From an uncultured Gammaproteobacteria bacterium (GTDB taxonomy: Bacteria; Pseudomonadota; Gammaproteobacteria; Xanthomonadales; Rhodanobacteraceae), in assembly GCA_963800395.1 (NCBI GenBank), contig CAWDBD010000005.1, forward strand, positions 495 through 24,494: a DNA stretch of 24,000 nucleotides, given 5' to 3'. This document shows positions 15,747-22,456 of this stretch, in pieces. How positions within the stretch are numbered: the stretch's first letter is position 1; every line of letters starts with the position of its first letter. A program made the translations under genes and the position numbers. The notes beneath the pieces were generated by a model, which saw nothing but the letters and a program-made list of their open reading frames with translations, ran no database searches and was not told the origin of the DNA.

Positions 15747-16455
15747 TGACTTTGGCCTCGAGCTTGCCGTGTGGAGAAATCAGCGCGCCGGCAACCGGGA
15801 GTTCCCAGTGCATGTGCCGGCCCGGCAGAGCGTAGCCAAGCAATCCCTGCTTGAGCGTGTGGCGCTTACCGGAGGCGTTGATGTAGGTCACGTCGCTGAT
15901 CTGTGCATGAAGCTTGCCGCGGTTGCTCACGTCGATCACGGCGTGGCCATTGTCGCGACTCAGGGCCCAGGTCAGCTCGGGGGCGGCATCGCCCTGACCC
16001 GCGGCCTGGATGAATACGGGAATGGAGTAGCGCAACACGAATTTGAGGCCGCCCTCCTTGTCGTCCTTGACCGGCAGTTCGTTGACTACCAGACGGTAGG
16101 CGTCCTCGGCGTCGCGAGGCGCGCCACCGGTGCGGATCACCCGCACCAGCTGGGATTGCTGGGGATCAAGCGCCAGGATCGGGGGACTGGCGACCAGCCC
16201 GCGGCTCGGATCCAGCCGGTCCTTGCCGTCTTCCTGGGTCCAGTGGTACACACGCACCTGAGCGTGCAGGGTCGCGTCGCCGCTGTTGCGCAGCCACAAG
16301 CCGTCCGCCTGCTGGGCGGAAGCCAGGCTGAGCGAGGTCGGCGAAACCTGCAAGCCGCTGGCCGACACGCTGCTGAGCGGCACCAGGACGAAAGCCAGGC
16401 AAAAGCCGGCTATCGCCCTGGTGATGCGAATGCGTTGTGTCAGAGTTGCGAGCAT
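15697..16455 (-). CDS. Periplasmic fimbrial chaperone (Csu/sigma-clade type)
   Basis: 252 aa. The signal peptide ends SVSA-S, followed by LQVSPTSLSLA...LWLRNSGDATLHAQVRVYHW...LVRVIR...YRLVVNELP, a PapD-like fold pattern. Confidence 0.9.
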   Translation of the reverse strand: MLATLTQRIRITRAIAGFCLAFVLVPLSSVSASGLQVSPTSLSLASAQQADGLWLRNSGDATLHAQVRVYHWTQEDGKDRLDPSRGLVASPPILALDPQQSQLVRVIRTGGAPRDAEDAYRLVVNELPVKDDKEGGLKFVLRYSIPVFIQAAGQGDAAPELTWALSRDNGHAVIDVSNRGKLHAQISDVTYINASGKRHTLKQGLLGYALPGRHMHWELPVAGALISPHGKLEAKVNGETVTPTVSLDTDAH

Positions 16456-16469
16456 TCCGGTTCAGCGTC

Positions 16470-16967
16470 TCAGTAGGTCACGGTGACCGTGACGGTATCG
16501 CTGTAGCTGCCCGCGGTGGCCGTACCCGGGATGGATGGCACCAGGCCGTAGACGGTCTTCGTCTGCGTACTGCCGTTGCCGGTATCCGCCACGGTGTCGG
16601 TACCAATGGTGTCACCCCAGACCGAGGTGTGGCCGGCATTGGAGTACATTTCATAACCGATACTGGTACTACCCGGGCCGCTCATCGTACGCGAACCCGT
16701 GCCGCCGCTGGCTGCGGTCAGACCGATAGTGTAGCTGGCATCGGTGGTGCACTTGACCGAGATATCGGTGGTCGAGCCGATATTGGTATCGGCAAAGGTC
16801 TTGGTACCGAAGTCCAGGTCGTTGACGGTGGCCACATTGGCATCGCAGCTGTTCTGGATTTTGATGACGGCATCGAAGCTGGTGGTATCGGTGGCCGCAG
16901 CGGCCATCGTGGCATAGCCGCTTGCAGCCATCAGGGCGCTGGCTAACAACACATACTTGGTCTTCAT
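16470..16967 (-). CDS. Major SCPU-domain (Csu-type) pilin
   Basis: Starting at the ATG at 16967, with an AGAGG SD: MKTKYVLLASALMAASGYATMAAA-ATDTTSFDAVIKIQNSCD...ISVKCT...TVYGLVPSIPGTATAGSYSDTVTVTVTY. The track start at 17048 is over-extended. Confidence 0.9.
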   Translation of the reverse strand: MKTKYVLLASALMAASGYATMAAAATDTTSFDAVIKIQNSCDANVATVNDLDFGTKTFADTNIGSTTDISVKCTTDASYTIGLTAASGGTGSRTMSGPGSTSIGYEMYSNAGHTSVWGDTIGTDTVADTGNGSTQTKTVYGLVPSIPGTATAGSYSDTVTVTVTY

Positions 16968-17022
16968 TTGAACTACCTCTTGATTGAAAAGGGCACAATT
17001 TGCGGATTGCAATGGTCTTGTA

Positions 17023-17038
17023 AGCAAAATACATGCCA
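17023..17038 (-). promoter_or_regulatory. Sigma54 (RpoN) -24/-12 promoter upstream of the pilin gene
   Basis: The minus strand reads TGGCATGTATTTTGCT against the consensus TGGCACG-N4-TTGCW. GG and GC are at exactly the consensus spacing. The GC lies 57 nt upstream of the pilin ATG, in the correct orientation. Confidence 0.6.
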
Positions 17039-17042
17039 AAGG

Positions 17043-17069
17043 AGACACTTTTTACAAGTGTCTGTTTTT
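17043..17069 (+). terminator. Stem-loop with a T-run, terminator-like on the + strand
   Basis: AGACACTT-tttac-AAGTGTCT followed by GTTTTTA. No + strand gene lies upstream for about 5 kb, so its role is unclear. On the minus strand it sits just upstream of the sigma54 -24 element. Confidence 0.35.
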
Positions 17070-17411
17070 ATTGCGTTTACAGTGAAGCATCGCTGGAATG
17101 TGACGAAGCCCGACAGCGATTTCTGTGGATTTCGTCGCTATTTGCCGATGCAAATCACATTTTAGCATCCCTTCCGAGCAGTCAGAATCACTGATCAGGC
17201 CATCAATTTGCCAAAATGCGGATAAGTGCACATATTTTGCGCCATTTCGTGCGACATGGTTCTCATTTTGCAGCGAGATGCGTTTCCCCGGCGGCCAGTA
17301 GCGATCCAGACTCGGCGGGCTCCTGTCCGGATTCACTTGCGGCACAGCAGTGACAGCTTTCCCCTGTTCACCAGCTACAATTGACGTGACTTCGAGAAAA
17401 AGGTAGCCGGC

Positions 17412-18266
17412 ATGGCCTTGAAACTTCTGGCTGTCATCCTGGTGCTGGGCACGCTGGCCATTGCGCCGCAGTGGGCGCGGTTCCGACAATGGCGTTGGTA
17501 TGAACGCTGGTTGAGCCAGCTTGATGGCAGTGCCGGCCTGAGCTGGGTACTGCTGGCCGTTGTGGCCCCGACCCTGCTCGCGGCGTTCATTGCCCTGGCG
17601 CTGGATGGGCTCTGGCTGGAGCTGCTGCCTTTGGCCTTTTCCGTGCTGGTCCTGGCGCTGTGCCTGACTGAGCTGGAACCGGATATCGAGGCCATACTCA
17701 AGGCGCCGGATCACGCGGCACGCACCGAAGCGGCACGCGCCCTGTATATCGATGACGAATCGGCCAGCGTGCCGCTGGACCCGGCCAATCTGGCCGAGGC
17801 CACGGTGATGGCGGCACTGCGGCGCCGCTTTGGCGTGCTGTTCTGGTTTTTCCTGCTGGGGCCGGCCGGCGCCCTGTTGTTCAGACTGGCCCATCGCGCC
17901 TGGCTGGTGACCCGCTCGCAGGACGATGCCGATGCGCGCCGCATTGCCACGCGACTGGCGGCTGGACTGGACTGGCTGCCGGCACACCTGATGGTGCTGG
18001 CCATGGCCCTGGCTTCCAACTTTGACCGCGTGATCCACGCCTGGCGTGCTTGGCATGCGCGCCCGGAACGTTCTGCCTGGGAGTTCGAGCCGGGCTTCCT
18101 GGCTTCCATCGCGCGCGCCAGCGTCGAGGTGTCCGACGATGAGAGCTCGCAGGACCTTGCCCCGGACCTGCGCACGCTGCGCGAAACCAACCTGCTCCTG
18201 CGCCGCCTTCTGGTGGTATGGCTTGCGCTGGCCGCGCTGATCGTCCTTGCCGGCTGGGCAACCTGA
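17412..18266 (+). CDS. ampE: AmpE-like inner-membrane signalling modulator
   Basis: 284 aa, the same length as E. coli AmpE. Collinear similarity includes RRRFGVLFWFFLLGPAGALLFRLAHRAW versus [31 protein letters not shown], and LDWLPAHLMVLAMAL versus LDWVPVRLAGVVYAL. Confidence 0.75.
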   Translation: MALKLLAVILVLGTLAIAPQWARFRQWRWYERWLSQLDGSAGLSWVLLAVVAPTLLAAFIALALDGLWLELLPLAFSVLVLALCLTELEPDIEAILKAPDHAARTEAARALYIDDESASVPLDPANLAEATVMAALRRRFGVLFWFFLLGPAGALLFRLAHRAWLVTRSQDDADARRIATRLAAGLDWLPAHLMVLAMALASNFDRVIHAWRAWHARPERSAWEFEPGFLASIARASVEVSDDESSQDLAPDLRTLRETNLLLRRLLVVWLALAALIVLAGWAT

Positions 18267-19446
18267 CAGAAAGACCTGTATCGCCCACGACGACGAGGAA
18301 GCCCCGATCAACAGGCATGCCCACGAAGACGAGCAGTCCGCGAGCGGGTCACCATCCGACTGCATCATCGTCGGTGCCAGTTTTGCCGGGCTGGCCTGCG
18401 CCACAGTACTGGCGCGCGCGGGGCTGCGAGTGAAGGTTGTGGAGAAGAAGGTCGATGTCGGCGAAAAGCTGCATACCACCGGCATCATCGTCAAGGACGC
18501 CGTCGACCAGATTGCGCTGCTCGACGCCTTGCCCCCTGAACTGATCCACCGCGTCGACGGCGTGCGCTTGTATGCACCCAACCTGAGGTCGGTCGACCTG
18601 TCCGCGCCAGGCTATTACTTTCTCACCACCGACACGCCCAACCTGATGCGCTGGCTGGCCGGCCAGGCCGAACAGGCAGGTGTCGAACTGGTTTGCGGTG
18701 CCACCTTCCGCAACGCACGGCGCGAACAAAGCGGTTTCGATCTGGGAGAGCTCGGTCGCTGCCGCTATCTGGTAGGTGCCGACGGCCCGCGTTCGCGTGT
18801 GGCCCGGGCCCTTGGCCTGGGACTGAACAGACAGCACCTGTTTGGCGTCGAGCACGAATATCGTCAAACCCGCATCGGCGCGCCCAACATGCTGCACTGC
18901 TTTGTCAGCCGCAGGTTTGCCCGCGGCTATATCGGCTGGGTCGCCAGCGGACCGAAAAGCGTGCAGGTCGGCCTCGCCCGTCGCGTGCGCGGTCAGCCAC
19001 CTCCCCCACGCCAGGCGATGGCCACTTTTCTCGAGCGCATTGCACCGATTTTCGATTTCCGCGACATCGAGCCCGCCTCGGTGCGTGCCGGCATGATTCC
19101 CTGTGGCGGGCTGGTAGACAAGCTGGCCACCCGCCGCGCGCTGCTGGTAGGTGATGCCGCGGGCATGGTGTCGCCGGTGACGGCCGGCGGCATCCATACC
19201 GCACTCAAGCATGGCATGGCCGCCGGCCACGCCATCGCCGACTACCTGAGCGGAAAACGCGAGGACCCGTGCGGCTGGTTCATCGATTCCTATCCGCGTT
19301 TTCGTCTGAAACGGCTGCTGCGCTTCGCTTTTGATCGCTTCCAGAGCGACATCGCGTTCAACCTGATGCTGAGCACGCGTCTGATGCGCAGCGCCGCCGG
19401 ACTTGTCTACTTCCACCACAAGGGCGTTTTCGACAGCAAGCCTTAG
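18247..19446 (+). CDS. FAD-dependent oxidoreductase, geranylgeranyl-reductase-like family
   Basis: It has the dinucleotide-binding site DCIIVGASFAGLACATVLARAGLRVKVVEK, plus YLVGADGPRSRVAR and LLVGDAAGMVSPVTAGGIHTALKHG. The only in-frame start upstream of the Rossmann motif is the TTG at 18247, which overlaps the ampE end by 20 nt. Confidence 0.8.
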   Translation: MPAGQPDRKTCIAHDDEEAPINRHAHEDEQSASGSPSDCIIVGASFAGLACATVLARAGLRVKVVEKKVDVGEKLHTTGIIVKDAVDQIALLDALPPELIHRVDGVRLYAPNLRSVDLSAPGYYFLTTDTPNLMRWLAGQAEQAGVELVCGATFRNARREQSGFDLGELGRCRYLVGADGPRSRVARALGLGLNRQHLFGVEHEYRQTRIGAPNMLHCFVSRRFARGYIGWVASGPKSVQVGLARRVRGQPPPPRQAMATFLERIAPIFDFRDIEPASVRAGMIPCGGLVDKLATRRALLVGDAAGMVSPVTAGGIHTALKHGMAAGHAIADYLSGKREDPCGWFIDSYPRFRLKRLLRFAFDRFQSDIAFNLMLSTRLMRSAAGLVYFHHKGVFDSKP

Positions 19447-19701
19447 GTGTGATCTCTCAGTAGGTTGTTCACCCGGGACGTGGCGCGGGAGCTGCGGATC
19501 GGCATTTTCGTCATCCTGGGGCCGCCGCAGGCGGAACCCGGGATCCATTTGTTCACTCCACTTCACGGCGCCACTCATCAAAATCAAAATGGATCCTGGA
19601 TCGCCGCTGCGCGGCGTCCAGGATGACGAGCTGACGACGGATATCCATGCGCACATCAGCCGCATTCCACTGAACAACGTGGCGGGTTTACACACTTAGG
19701 G
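19441..19701. repeat. 261-bp nested palindromic MITE/REP-like element
   Basis: The outer inverted repeats are CCTTAGGTGTG (19441-19451) and CACACTTAGGG (19691-19701), with GTTGTTCA (19465-19472) paired to TGAACAAC (19670-19677). The inner arms are 19508-19548 and 19589-19629 (TCGTCATCCTGG...GGATCCAT / ATGGATCC...CCAGGATGACGA). Each arm is itself a GC-rich hairpin; for example, 19593-19624 forms a 14-bp stem with one bulge. Confidence 0.55.
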
Positions 19702-19757
19702 ATGCGCGTGCGCTTGCGTTCAGTCAGGGCATGCCGCCCGGGCGCTGATTTGGGTGG

Positions 19758-20705
19758 CTACAGTTCCGCCAGCGCCTCGCGCAGGTCGCCGACATGCTCC
19801 TGCCACCAGCGAGGCTCGGCGGCGAAAGGGAAGGCAAGCGGAAAGGCCGGATCGTCCCAGCGCGCAGCGATCCAGCCGGCATGGTGGACCTGGCGCATGG
19901 CGCGCAGCGCCGGGATCAGATGGCGCTGGCGCTCATCGATTTCACGAAACTGCCGGTAACCCTCCAGCAGTGCATCCATGGACAGCTCATCGCTGGCCAG
20001 CATCCACAGGTCCTGGATGGCCGGGCCGCTGCGGGCGTCATCGAGGTCGACAAAATGCGGGCCACTGTCCGTCCACAGCACGTTCCCGGCATGGCAATCA
20101 CCATGCAGACGAATCGGGTTGCGTGCCAGCGCCTCGTCGTAGCCGCGCAACGCCGATTGCAACGCATCGGTCACCTGTTCATACGCCGCATAAAGATGAT
20201 CGGGCAGCAGATCCGAATCCTTCACGGCGCGCATGGGGCGTCCCACCAGACTGTCTCGGTCGAGGACGGCGCGATGCGCGAAAGCCGAGGTGGCGCCCAC
20301 ATTGTGCATCCTTGCCAGCAGGCGTCCCATCCATTCCAGATGCTCTGTCGACTGCAGTTCCGGCGCCCTGCCGCCGCGACGCGGATACACGGCAAAGCGG
20401 AAGCCGGCAAACTCGTGCAGACTCTCGCCATCGACAAGAATCGGCGCCACTACCGGCAATTCGGCCGCCTGCAATTCGAAGGAAAAACCATGCTCTTCCC
20501 GGATGGCGGCATCGGTCCAGCGGCCGGGGCGATAGAACTTGGCGACCACGAACTGACCATCATCCAGGCCGATCTGGTACACCCGATTCTCGAAACTGTT
20601 GAGTGCCAGCAGACGCCCGTCGGCGTCCAGACCGGTCGTCTCGACCGCATCCAGCACGCAATCCGGGTCAAGCCCGGCGTAGGGCTGCTTGCCCGCCTTG
20701 TTAAT
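19758..20705 (-). CDS. srkA: Stress-response Ser/Thr kinase SrkA (YihE/RdoA family)
   Basis: It is collinear with E. coli YihE: LNSFENRVYQ, VAKFYRPGRWT, RLHGDCHAGNVLW, FVDLDDARSGPAIQDLWML, LRAMRQVHHAGWIAARWDDPAFP. The track starts at the GTG at 20657. The conserved N-terminal segment (PYAGLDPDCVLDAV) continues upstream in frame. I extend to the ATT at 20705 (see findings), so the start is uncertain. Confidence 0.8.
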   Translation of the reverse strand: MNKAGKQPYAGLDPDCVLDAVETTGLDADGRLLALNSFENRVYQIGLDDGQFVVAKFYRPGRWTDAAIREEHGFSFELQAAELPVVAPILVDGESLHEFAGFRFAVYPRRGGRAPELQSTEHLEWMGRLLARMHNVGATSAFAHRAVLDRDSLVGRPMRAVKDSDLLPDHLYAAYEQVTDALQSALRGYDEALARNPIRLHGDCHAGNVLWTDSGPHFVDLDDARSGPAIQDLWMLASDELSMDALLEGYRQFREIDERQRHLIPALRAMRQVHHAGWIAARWDDPAFPLAFPFAAEPRWWQEHVGDLREALAEL

Positions 20706-21150
20706 TGTCCGGCTCCGTGAGCGGAATGGGCACCACGGCGCAGGTCAGGCGCGCGATGCACACCAGTTGTTGGTAATCATCCACGATGCGTATTTCCCAC
20801 ACCTGGGTGCTGCGGCCGACATGTACCGGCCGCGCCGTGCCATGGACGTGACCCGAATGGGCGGCACGCACGTGGTTGGCATTGATATCCAGCCCTACGG
20901 CCCGTTCGCGCCTCGGATTGCAGCACAGGTTGGCCGCAGTACTGCCCAGGGTCTCGGCCAATGCCACCGAAGCGCCCCCGTGCAAAAGCCCGAACGGTTG
21001 CCGGGTGCGATGATCCACCGGCATGGTTCCCGATACGCTGTCGTCACCGACTTCGGTAATCCGCATCCCCAGTGCCGCGACCATGGTGTTCTCGCAATCC
21101 CGGGCAAGCTGCTCGAGATTGACAGGAGCTTTCCATATGGGCATGTGCAT
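20701..21150 (-). CDS. PaaI/YbdB-family hotdog-fold thioesterase
   Basis: 149 aa from the ATG at 21150: MHMPIWKAPVNLEQL...LGMRITEVGDDSVSGTMPVDHRTRQPFGLLHGGASVALAETLGS...GRSTQVWEIRI. This is the classic PaaI signature. The rest of the 433-aa track ORF is antisense shadow of the reductase gene. Confidence 0.85.
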   Translation of the reverse strand: MHMPIWKAPVNLEQLARDCENTMVAALGMRITEVGDDSVSGTMPVDHRTRQPFGLLHGGASVALAETLGSTAANLCCNPRRERAVGLDINANHVRAAHSGHVHGTARPVHVGRSTQVWEIRIVDDYQQLVCIARLTCAVVPIPLTEPDN

Positions 21151-21327
21151 CTCGCCTGCGTGGGGACAATCGCCTATTGTCACCGCTTGGGCCCGGCAGC
21201 GAAACCCTTGCTTGCACAAGGCGCTGCAGCAAGCCCCGGGCAGCGCTTCAGTAGCACTCGGCAGAAATCGGTCGTGGACGGCACCCGGGCACAAGCATGC
21301 AAGTGCACAATCGGTGACAATAGACGC

Positions 21328-22386
21328 ATGCCCTATCAGGTAACCATCGCAGGCAGTGACCGCCAATTCAGTGCCGAGCCGGATGAGACGCTGCTCAATT
21401 CGGCGGGCCATGCCGGTCTGGCTCTGCCCTGGCGCTGCATGGACGGTTCCTGTGGCAGCTGTCGGGCGCGCCTGATCGATGGTGAATGCATTCTCCCGGA
21501 CGGTGCGCGACTGAATGCCGATGGCGATTCGGGTTCGGCGCACGCCGTGCTGATGTGTCAGGCCCTGCCGCGCAGCAACCTGAAACTGGAATTGCCCGGT
21601 ATCCGCAGTGTCGACGACGTGGCCTGCCGGGTGTTTGATCTGGAGCTGGAGGAAAAGCGGCTGCTGTCGCCGGATATTCTGCGCCTGAATTTCAGGGTCC
21701 TGGGCGACGAGTCGCTGCGCTGGCTGCCGGGCCAGTACCTGGAACTGTTGCTGGACAACGGCCAACGACGTGCCTTCTCCATTGCCAACGCCTCCGATGG
21801 CGGCAACCGGATCGAACTGCACGTCCGTCATGTGGCTGAGGGCAACTTCAGTCGCTGGGCGTTCGAATCGCTGGAGGAGGGCATGCGCCTGCGTGCCGAA
21901 GGGCCGCTGGGCACGTTTGTGCCACGGGAAAACTCCGAGCGCGGCCTGCTGTTCATTGCCGGCGGTACCGGCATTGCGCCGATCAAGGCCATGATCGAGC
22001 ATTTCGCCGCGCTGGGCTCACACAGGCCAATGGAACTGTACTGGGGCACTCGGCAACCGGGCGAGCTCTACCTGGGCGAACAGATCGACGCCTGGGCCGA
22101 ACACGTCCCGCAACTGCGCTTTGTTGCCGTGGTATCAGACCCGGAAGTGGCGATTGAAAGTGACGTGCGTCGCGGCATGGTGCTGGACGCGGTGCTGGCC
22201 GATCACCCGCAGCTGGCCGGTTTTGATGTCTACGTGTGCGGGCCGCCGGCCATGGTGGATGCAGCCACCCATGCGTTTGCCGCCACCGACCTGCCCAGCG
22301 CACAGCTGTTCTTCGACAGCTACGAATACGCCCCGGACCTGCTCGCCGACATCCTCGGCCAGCGCGCCGGAATCCACGCCGGCTGA
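21328..22386 (+). CDS. 2Fe-2S ferredoxin fused to an FNR-type flavin reductase (CDP-6-deoxy-delta-3,4-glucoseen reductase-like)
   Basis: Starting at the ATG at 21328: MPYQVTIAGSDRQFSAEPDETLL...CMDGSCGSCRARL...LMCQA gives the plant-type C-x4-C-x2-C...C motif. It is followed by RAFSIAN (the FAD RxYS-like site), LLFIAGGTGIAPIKAM (NAD(P)H site) and VYVCGPPAMV. The upstream 213 codons of the track ORF are spurious. Confidence 0.85.
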   Translation: MPYQVTIAGSDRQFSAEPDETLLNSAGHAGLALPWRCMDGSCGSCRARLIDGECILPDGARLNADGDSGSAHAVLMCQALPRSNLKLELPGIRSVDDVACRVFDLELEEKRLLSPDILRLNFRVLGDESLRWLPGQYLELLLDNGQRRAFSIANASDGGNRIELHVRHVAEGNFSRWAFESLEEGMRLRAEGPLGTFVPRENSERGLLFIAGGTGIAPIKAMIEHFAALGSHRPMELYWGTRQPGELYLGEQIDAWAEHVPQLRFVAVVSDPEVAIESDVRRGMVLDAVLADHPQLAGFDVYVCGPPAMVDAATHAFAATDLPSAQLFFDSYEYAPDLLADILGQRAGIHAG

Positions 22387-22415
22387 ACGCTCGCTCACGC
22401 GGGGCTGGCGACGCA

Positions 22416-22450
22416 TCCCGGGTCCCGGGTCCCGAGTCCCGAGTCCCGAA
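22416..22450. repeat. Heptamer tandem repeat, five units (TCCCGGG x2, TCCCGAG x2, TCCCGAA)
   Basis: TCCCGGGTCCCGGGTCCCGAGTCCCGAGTCCCGAA lies in the 70-bp gap between the convergent reductase and hemY genes. The minus strand reads GGGACTC GGGACTC GGGACCC GGGACCC GGGA. Confidence 0.8.
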
Positions 22451-22456
22451 ACCAGC

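Noticed and set aside
17226-17240. Second sigma54-like sequence, GTGCACATATTTTGC, on the + strand upstream of ampE.
   Set aside because: The invariant -24 GG dinucleotide is TG here, and the site is about 170 nt from the ampE ATG. It is probably a chance resemblance.
20689-21327. N-terminal 213 codons of the 565-aa + ORF, and the N-terminal ~280 codons of the 433-aa - ORF (21151-22002).
   Set aside because: Homology starts only at MPYQVTI (21328) for the reductase and at MHMPIWK (21150) for the thioesterase. The extensions are each other's antisense shadows.
12358-22450. Heptamer arrays considered as a CRISPR array or other spaced-repeat locus.
   Set aside because: The units are 7 nt, directly tandem and without spacers. 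The two arrays are 10 kb apart, and no cas-like genes are present.
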